A stretch of 64,000 nucleotides of DNA from Microcoleus sp. BR0-C5 (lineage in GTDB: Bacteria; Cyanobacteriota; Cyanobacteriia; Cyanobacteriales; Microcoleaceae), in the NCBI GenBank assembly GCA_036705045.1, contig JAUBTR010000019.1; one strand, 5' to 3'. Below, piece by piece: positions 57,725 through 64,000 of this stretch (position 1 is its first letter; every line of letters starts with the position of its first letter). The position numbers and the translations under genes are program-made. The notes under the pieces were generated by a model that saw nothing but the letters and a program-made list of their open reading frames with translations, was not told the DNA's origin and ran no database searches.

Positions 57725-59482
57725 TTAAAACAAAAAGTATCGCTGCGCCATTGGCAAAACTGTTGCCGGTTCGCAAGTTAACAATTCCCCATCCGCCCTG
57801 ACTTCATAAGTTTCTGGATCGACTTCCATTTGTGGCAAATAATCGTTTAGTTTCATGTCTCTTTTACTAATTTGTCGTGTCCCGGAAACTGCTACAGTGG
57901 GCTTTTGCAAACCGAGCTGTGCTGCAATACCTCGATCGCGCGCAGCTTGGGAAACAAACGTCAGACAAGTCGCCCCAATCGCCCCGCCAAAACTGCCAAA
58001 CATCGGCCTCATGTGCACTGGTTGCGGCGTAGGAATGCTGGCGTTAGCATCTCCCATCTGCCCATAGGCGATCGCCCCTCCTTTAATTACCAGTTCCGGT
58101 TTCACCCCAAAAAAAGCCGGTCGCCACAAACACAAATCCGCCAATTTTCCCTCTTCCACCGAACCGACATACTGACTAATTCCGTGAGTAATTGCCGGAT
58201 TAATTGTATATTTCGCAATGTACCGCTTCACCCGAAAATTGTCATTTTCTCCCCCTGTGGAACGGGCATCTTGCCCGCCCAAACCCCCTGTGGAACGGGC
58301 ATCTGGTCCGTTCAAATTCCCCCTTTGAACCTTCATTTTATGTGCCGTTTGCCAAGTCCGAATAATCACCTCTCCAACTCTTCCCATCGCCTGAGAATCA
58401 GAAGAAATCATACTAAACGCGCCTAAATCGTGGAGAATATCCTCAGCAGCAATAGTTTCCCTTCTAATTCTCGATTCAGCAAAAGCCACATCTTCAGGAA
58501 TGCCCCGATCCAAATGGTGGCAAACCATCAACATATCTAAATGTTCTTCTAAAGTATTGACAGTGTAAGGGCGAGTCGGGTTAGTTGACGAGGGCAAAAC
58601 ATTAGCTTGACCGCACACTTTAATAATATCCGGCGCGTGTCCGCCGCCAGCACCTTCGGTGTGGTAAGTGTGAATAGCGCGATTTTTAAATGCGGCAATT
58701 GTAGCTTCCACAAATCCCGCTTCATTGAGAGTATCGGTGTGAATTGCAACTTGCACATCGTACTCGTCAGCTACACTCAAACAAGTGTCGATCGTTGCTG
58801 GTGTAGTTCCCCAATCTTCATGGAGTTTCAAACCCATTGCACCGGCAAAGATTTGTTCAATTAATCCTTGGGGTTGACTGCTATTTCCTTTACCTAAAAA
58901 TCCTAGATTTACGGGGAAAGCGTCAGCAGCTTGCAGCATTCGGTACATATGCCAAGGCCCTGGAGTGCAAGTTGTGGCGTTTGTACCCGTTGCCGGGCCA
59001 GTGCCGCCGCCGATCATTGTCGTGATGCCGGAGGCGATCGCCACTTCTATTTGCTGCGGACAAATAAAGTGAATGTGAGTATCAATTCCCCCAGCGGTGA
59101 GAATCATTCCTTCACCGGCAATCACTTCTGTACCGGGCCCGATAATAATATCTACCCTATCTTGAATATAAGGATTTCCGGCTTTACCAATTTTGTAAAT
59201 TTTGCCGTCTTTAATGCCCACATCTGCTTTAACAATTCCCCACCAGTCTAATATTAAAGCATTAGTAATCACCGTGTCAACAGCGCCGTCTGCATTAGAA
59301 ATAGGCGACTGTCCCATGCCGTCGCGAATAACTTTGCCACCGCCAAACTTAACTTCATCCCCGTAGGTTGTGAAGTCTTTTTCAACTTCTATGAATAATT
59401 CTGTATCGGCTAACCGGACGCGATCGCCCACAGTCGGCCCGAAGGTTTCCGCGTAGGCGCGGCGATCCATTCTGTAACTCAT
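57725..59482 (-). CDS. ureC: Urease alpha subunit, with an in-frame repeat insertion
   Basis: Amidohydrolase metal ligands ([13 protein letters not shown], carbamylated-Lys region); 585 aa. The insert [24 protein letters not shown] is encoded by two copies of the GAACGGGCAAGATGCCCGTTCCACA repeat. Confidence 0.9.
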   Translation of the reverse strand: MSYRMDRRAYAETFGPTVGDRVRLADTELFIEVEKDFTTYGDEVKFGGGKVIRDGMGQSPISNADGAVDTVITNALILDWWGIVKADVGIKDGKIYKIGKAGNPYIQDRVDIIIGPGTEVIAGEGMILTAGGIDTHIHFICPQQIEVAIASGITTMIGGGTGPATGTNATTCTPGPWHMYRMLQAADAFPVNLGFLGKGNSSQPQGLIEQIFAGAMGLKLHEDWGTTPATIDTCLSVADEYDVQVAIHTDTLNEAGFVEATIAAFKNRAIHTYHTEGAGGGHAPDIIKVCGQANVLPSSTNPTRPYTVNTLEEHLDMLMVCHHLDRGIPEDVAFAESRIRRETIAAEDILHDLGAFSMISSDSQAMGRVGEVIIRTWQTAHKMKVQRGNLNGPDARSTGGLGGQDARSTGGENDNFRVKRYIAKYTINPAITHGISQYVGSVEEGKLADLCLWRPAFFGVKPELVIKGGAIAYGQMGDANASIPTPQPVHMRPMFGSFGGAIGATCLTFVSQAARDRGIAAQLGLQKPTVAVSGTRQISKRDMKLNDYLPQMEVDPETYEVRADGELLTCEPATVLPMAQRYFLF

Positions 59483-59487
59483 ATTAA

Positions 59488-60492
59488 TTAGCTCCTTACT
59501 TGATTTAATTTTCCCACAAACTGGTTCACCTGTTCTTCTGTTTTAAAGAATCCTTCACCAATTGAACCAAAGAAATCATCTTGTGCTATTTCTTGATAGT
59601 TAGGTAACAAATTAGCCAACTCTTCTACATCAATGTTTAAATAGTTTGACAATCTATCTATGTATACCTTAAACTTTAGACCCTCCCTAGGCGTGCTTTC
59701 AGTTAACAAAAGATTGAAAATAACTTGGCTATTTTGACTTGTTCCTCTCAATGCCAGACCTCTTGTTGTTGTATTTATCCAAAATATTTGTGGTATGATT
59801 TCGTTGTAAAGTAGTCTATACACTTTTCCAACTTCCTTGCTCTCTGCTATTTCAATTAATTCTTCCAGGGTCAAGTTGGGCTTTCTTTTTGATATTATAT
59901 TTACAGGTTTAATTTCAGCCTCAATCAAGAATTTTATTGCTAGTAACTCTCTACCACTAGAGTCACAGAAATACTGGAATGTTGCGACATTGATTCTCAC
60001 ACCATAAGTTTCTAATAAGTATTTAATAATCCTTTCAGAACTACTATCTATCTGTGCAGCTACAATTATAATTTTGTGCTGAGCATTCAAAATATCAGGG
60101 AATTCTGAGCTAAATTTCTCACAGAAAGCCTTTTCTAAGTTACTGCCATTTTTAGTCAGTAAATAAGCATTGGCAATTTCTCTAACTCTCTCGTTTGACA
60201 AATCCTTAACCCATGAGGCGTAATCCAAGGCTTGTGCTGTTACTTCTCTTGCTGTTTTGTCCTTCTTTAACTCAACAATGACTAAATCTCCGTTCCTATC
60301 TATACATAAAAGGTCAAGTTGTCCACCATAATCAGTAATCACTTGCCGACCAATTACCAAGAGATCATCTGCTAGGATTGAAATATCATTATCTAGCCAG
60401 GTTTCTAAACGAGATTCTAAGTCTAACTTAGATTGGGTAATTTCCTTCAAGTGAGCCTTTGATATTTTCCACAATCTAATTTGATCGGGCAT
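59488..60492 (-). CDS. PD-(D/E)XK nuclease-like protein (NucS/DUF91-like N-terminal domain) inserted between ureB and ureC
   Basis: [24 protein letters not shown] fits the D...(D/E)xK restriction-endonuclease-like core. The C-terminal about 200 aa are uncharacterised. Confidence 0.35.
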   Translation of the reverse strand: MPDQIRLWKISKAHLKEITQSKLDLESRLETWLDNDISILADDLLVIGRQVITDYGGQLDLLCIDRNGDLVIVELKKDKTAREVTAQALDYASWVKDLSNERVREIANAYLLTKNGSNLEKAFCEKFSSEFPDILNAQHKIIIVAAQIDSSSERIIKYLLETYGVRINVATFQYFCDSSGRELLAIKFLIEAEIKPVNIISKRKPNLTLEELIEIAESKEVGKVYRLLYNEIIPQIFWINTTTRGLALRGTSQNSQVIFNLLLTESTPREGLKFKVYIDRLSNYLNIDVEELANLLPNYQEIAQDDFFGSIGEGFFKTEEQVNQFVGKLNQVRS

Positions 60493-60559
60493 ATCGAATT
60501 ATACTCCTACTAATTATTGTTTTTAAGTTCGGCAAAAAAGTCTCTTCCATCTAAAAATC

Positions 60560-60871
60560 TCATTCATCTAATATACCGTTCACTTTTCCATTAAAACCGT
60601 AGACTTGACGACTACCAACAAACGGCACTAATTGAACTTCCCTTTCATCTCCGGGTTCAAACCTGACTGCTGTACCTGCGGGGATATCCAACCGCATTCC
60701 TTTTGCTTGTTCTCGATTAAATTCTAAGGCTTCGTTTGCCTCATAAAAGTGATAGTGGGAACCGATTTGAATGGGTCGATCGCCTTTATTTCCTACCAGC
60801 AACCGCACCGTTGGGCGAGCGGCATTTAATTCTATTTCGCCTGCTGAAACAATCATTTCTCCGGGAATCAT
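60560..60871 (-). CDS. ureB: Urease beta subunit
   Basis: MIPGE...IELNAGR...GSHYHFYE, the classical UreB sequence. Confidence 0.9.
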   Translation of the reverse strand: MIPGEMIVSAGEIELNAARPTVRLLVGNKGDRPIQIGSHYHFYEANEALEFNREQAKGMRLDIPAGTAVRFEPGDEREVQLVPFVGSRQVYGFNGKVNGILDE

Positions 60872-60904
60872 CTTTTCCTCCTCTGAGTATCTGTGGTTGA
60901 TTTT

Positions 60905-61207
60905 TTAACGTATCGGATCGTGGACTGTTACCAACTTAGTTCCATCGGGGAAAGTCGCCTCAACCTGGACTTCATGCACCATTTCTGCTATCCCTTCCAT
61001 CACATCTTCCCGCGTCAGGAGAGTTGTTCCGTAACTCATTAAATCGGCGACGGTGAGGCCATCTCTTGCTCCTTCTAAAATGGCGGCGGAAATGTAAGCT
61101 AGTGCTTCTGGATAGTTTAATTTTAAACCTCTTTGTTTCCGGCGCTCTGCTACCAAGGCAGCGGTGAAAATCAGCAGTTTGTCTTTTTCTTGGGGGGTGA
61201 GTTGCAT
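60905..61207 (-). CDS. ureA: Urease gamma subunit
   Basis: [35 protein letters not shown], the classical UreA sequence. Confidence 0.9.
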   Translation of the reverse strand: MQLTPQEKDKLLIFTAALVAERRKQRGLKLNYPEALAYISAAILEGARDGLTVADLMSYGTTLLTREDVMEGIAEMVHEVQVEATFPDGTKLVTVHDPIR

Positions 61208-61369
61208 TTTTATTCGGGTAAGTGCGATCGCATTATTTGATTATGATATCGTTTACGGTGGTTTCTGAATGATTTAACCGCAAAGGGCGCTGAGGGCGCT
61301 GAGTCAGAGAACAGAGAGATGAATAATCTAGTTAGGAGGGCAACTATACATTGAAACTCAAAGATCATC

Positions 61370-62245
61370 CTATTTTATCCAAACTCTGGGCAAACAGCAA
61401 GGGCGTTCTGAAAAAGATAAGCGCAGCAAGTGCCAAATGTTGACAAACCAGTCTCTAGCTGCGGTTGTCGATGTACCGCGATATCGGCACAGCAAACCGT
61501 TAGGAATACGAGTCACGCCGACGGTGGAATTACCAGGATAAATTGTTGCCTCACAAGGCAAATCTCGCACTTTTTCCACGATTTCTGTGGTTACGGGTTC
61601 GCCTACCCAAGCGAGGGTGGCGACTACGGGTTTTCCTGCGAGACCGTGAGGACTTTCGAGCATTTTTTCTCCACCTTTTAGCAATTGTCTGTCAATCCAT
61701 AAAGGGCTATTTTGTTGCCAGACTTCGGTGTGCGATCGCCATTCTCCAAACAAAAACTTTTCGCCCCTAGCACTGCGTCCAAATCGGGTAATTTCCCACA
61801 GTAAAATCCTCGCTGTTGGTGCTAATTCTACCCGCAAATTTTGCCGATATATTGCGCCGTCAAAAACTATAGTTTCCTGTGGTAGCCATTCTACATTAGC
61901 ACCGGGTTCTAGTTTGATGTCAATATTTTGTTGTGATTCTAGTCCGCTGCTGCGATAGATTTTACCAGCGGCAGCCGTGGTAATCAAGACTTTGGCGTTG
62001 GGTTGGAGGTGAAAATGGCTGGAAAGTCGATCGCCCCCGACAACTCCCCCAGCCGTGTGCAAGATGACGCTGTGACAAACGTCTTTCCCTTCAGGATAAA
62101 ACGGACGCTGCACCTTTAGGGGCGCTTGCATTTGATTGTGAATGATTTGAGTTGAGCCGCTGCGGTTAGCGTAGACTAAATTGAGGTAGCCGTGCCATCC
62201 ATTTTCAACTTGATCTATATGTTGTTTGGTCAAATTTTCAGTCAC
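61370..62245 (-). CDS. ureD: Urease accessory protein UreD/UreH
   Basis: About 290 aa, positioned upstream of ureA on the same strand; UreD-like composition. Confidence 0.7.
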   Translation of the reverse strand: MTENLTKQHIDQVENGWHGYLNLVYANRSGSTQIIHNQMQAPLKVQRPFYPEGKDVCHSVILHTAGGVVGGDRLSSHFHLQPNAKVLITTAAAGKIYRSSGLESQQNIDIKLEPGANVEWLPQETIVFDGAIYRQNLRVELAPTARILLWEITRFGRSARGEKFLFGEWRSHTEVWQQNSPLWIDRQLLKGGEKMLESPHGLAGKPVVATLAWVGEPVTTEIVEKVRDLPCEATIYPGNSTVGVTRIPNGLLCRYRGTSTTAARDWFVNIWHLLRLSFSERPCCLPRVWIK

Positions 62246-62439
62246 TAATTTTTTAATTTAAAAACATTCACTATCAAAAACATACCACGACTGCGGCGCT
62301 TCCCTGCAATTAGTTAAATAATGATAATCGTTATCGGAAATATTTTTGGTTTCTGCACTTATTAGTATAATAATTTACATTTATCAACCATCAGATCGGC
62401 GAAGATGCGCGTACAATGTAAAAATCAGTAACTAGAGGA

Positions 62440-63624
62440 GTGCAGAATATGCCTCAAGTTCTCTTCAAAGTTGACTTGACCAAACCGATGTCTGAACAGG
62501 AATTAGTCGGTCACAATCGCTGGCATCCAGATATTCCAGCAGTAGTTTCCGTCAATCCCGGCGATGTATTTCGCATCGAGTGCAAAGACTGGACAGACGG
62601 ACAAATTAAAAATGACGACAGTCCCGACGACATTCGCGATGTAGACTTAACAGTAGTTCACGTTTTGAGCGGGCCAATTTACGTTAACGGCGCGCAGCCA
62701 GGGGATATTTTAGTAGTCGATATCCTCGATATCGGGGCTTTGCAAGGGGATGAATGGGGTTTTACGGGAATTTTTGCTAAAGAAAACGGTGGCGGTTTCT
62801 TGACCGAACATTTTCCGACTGCTGCTAAAGCAATTTGGGATTTTCAGGGAATTTATACCGCTTCCCGACACATACCAAAAGTCAGGTTTGCTGGGATTAC
62901 TCATCCGGGTTTAATCGGCTGCGCTCCTTCTCAGGAATTGTTGAATAAATGGAACAAACGGGAAGCGGAATTAGTAGCAACAGATCCCGATCGAGTGCCG
63001 CCTTTAGCAGCACTGCCGAACCCCAAAAATGCTGTTTTGGGGTCGCTGCAAGGGGCAGAATTCGATCGAGTTGCGGCAGAAGCGGCGCGCACTGTTCCTC
63101 CCCGCGAACACGGCGGCAATTGCGATATTAAAAACCTGTCGCGGGGTTCGAGAATTTACTTCCCGGTTTATGTCGAAGGCGCGAAACTTTCGATGGGAGA
63201 TATTCACTTTTCTCAAGGAGACGGGGAAATTTCATTCTGCGGGGCAATTGAAATGTCGGGGTACATTGACCTCCACGTTGATATTATCAAAGGTGGGATG
63301 GATAAATACGCGATGGTCAACCCGATTTTCAAACCCGGGCCGGTGGAACCCCGCTATTCTGAGTACCTCGTTTTTGAAGGGATTTCTGTTGATGAATTTA
63401 CGGGTCAGCAGTATTATATGGATGCCCACGTTGCTTATCGCCGAGCTTGTTTGAATGCGATCGAATATTTGAAAAAGTTTGGTTTTACCGGAGAACAAGC
63501 GTATTTGCTCTTAAGTTGTGCTCCGGTTGAGGGTCGCATCAGCGGCATTGTGGATATTCCCAATGCTTGCTGCACGATTGCTTTACCGACAGAAATTTTC
63601 CAGATGGATATTCTGCCATCTTAA
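62440..63624 (+). CDS. Formamidase (FmdA/AmdA acetamidase-formamidase family)
   Basis: N-terminus KVDLTKP...HNRWHPDIP...NDDSPDDIRDVDL...VHVLSGP closely parallels characterised formamidases. Confidence 0.85.
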   Translation: MQNMPQVLFKVDLTKPMSEQELVGHNRWHPDIPAVVSVNPGDVFRIECKDWTDGQIKNDDSPDDIRDVDLTVVHVLSGPIYVNGAQPGDILVVDILDIGALQGDEWGFTGIFAKENGGGFLTEHFPTAAKAIWDFQGIYTASRHIPKVRFAGITHPGLIGCAPSQELLNKWNKREAELVATDPDRVPPLAALPNPKNAVLGSLQGAEFDRVAAEAARTVPPREHGGNCDIKNLSRGSRIYFPVYVEGAKLSMGDIHFSQGDGEISFCGAIEMSGYIDLHVDIIKGGMDKYAMVNPIFKPGPVEPRYSEYLVFEGISVDEFTGQQYYMDAHVAYRRACLNAIEYLKKFGFTGEQAYLLLSCAPVEGRISGIVDIPNACCTIALPTEIFQMDILPS

Positions 63625-63706
63625 TTAGTAGGGCGGGCCGGGCCAGTCAAGGGGGTGTGAACTTAAGACTAAAGTCCTCTGTATCTCTCGCTTTTATCCG
63701 AGTCTA

Positions 63707-63785
63707 GATCCCCCTAAATCCCCCTTAAAAAGGGGGACTTTGAGCGCTCTTGTCCCCCCCTTTTTAATGGGGGCTAGGGGGGATC
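63707..63785. repeat. Second copy of the GATCCCCCTAAATCCCCC...GGGGGATC MITE-like element
   Basis: Matches 45214-45293. Confidence 0.75.
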
Positions 63786-63905
63786 TAGAGGAATGTGACT
63801 CAGACAGGAGACTGATACTAACTTTGACCTTAAGTTGAACTTAAATTAACACAAATGCGCGGCCCGCCCTAGTCATTACATCCAAATTTACCCTCAAAAA
63901 TTGAT

Positions 63906-64000
63906 ATGCCTCTTTACGATTTTAAGTGTGAAACTTGCGGCATTTTTGATAAGTGGCGCCCTCTTGCAGAAGCAGATACACCGGTGCTTTGCCCGAGTTG
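63906..64000 (+). CDS. FmdB-family zinc-ribbon putative regulatory protein (5' partial, runs off the window)
   Basis: MPLYDFKCETCGIFDKW... is the FmdB N-terminal CxxC signature; it lies downstream of the formamidase gene. Confidence 0.55.
   Translation, partial: MPLYDFKCETCGIFDKWRPLAEADTPVLCPS

Overview
This 64-kb window is a cyanobacterial chromosomal segment. The call rests on abundant HIP1 GCGATCGC octamers and many heptameric STRR-type tandem repeats such as (GATTTTA)n, (AGTCAAC)n and (TTCTTCC)n, which point to a filamentous Oscillatoriales/Nostocales-like genome. It mixes housekeeping and accessory content, in window order: (1) a pyrimidine-salvage/catabolism group (DUF1688/URC4-like, class III nucleotidyl cyclase, GTP-cyclohydrolase-II-like/URC1-like, cytosine deaminase, queC); (2) a CNNM/CorC transporter, tRNA-Met(CAU), pyrR, cobD, a GFA-family gene, and Rrf2 and AbrB regulators; (3) a large multi-PAS sensor histidine kinase, an M50/CBS protease, a DUF3616-like gene, a Ycf46-like AAA ATPase and a Ser/Thr kinase with a GUN4-like tail; (4) a toxin-antitoxin patch (interrupted hicB-like gene, mazF/pemK-like toxin plus antitoxin, DUF433), flotillin, a NarL-type regulator bracketed by inverted MITE copies, a REC-histidine kinase and a 2128-aa Ser/Thr-kinase/AAA/GAF/PAS/HK/REC protein; (5) a cyanovirin-N-homology lectin gene next to three double-glycine-leader peptide precursor genes and a three-gene NHLM-type export/processing cassette (cNMP-domain ABC transporter, C39-peptidase ABC transporter, HlyD protein); (6) an NAD salvage cluster (pncB, nadD, Nudix-wHTH nrtR, chorismate-mutase-like gene, nadE); (7) an RTX-repeat/DUF192 protein, a putative Csx3-like gene (tentative, recalled from memory only) and a frameshifted IS605-family tnpB; (8) a urease operon ureD-ureA-ureB-[PD-(D/E)XK-like gene]-ureC, formamidase and fmdB. 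The most striking signals are the precursor-peptide/exporter locus and several small palindromic repeat families that sit in-frame inside nadE, ureC and an ABC-transporter gene, as well as in intergenic DNA.
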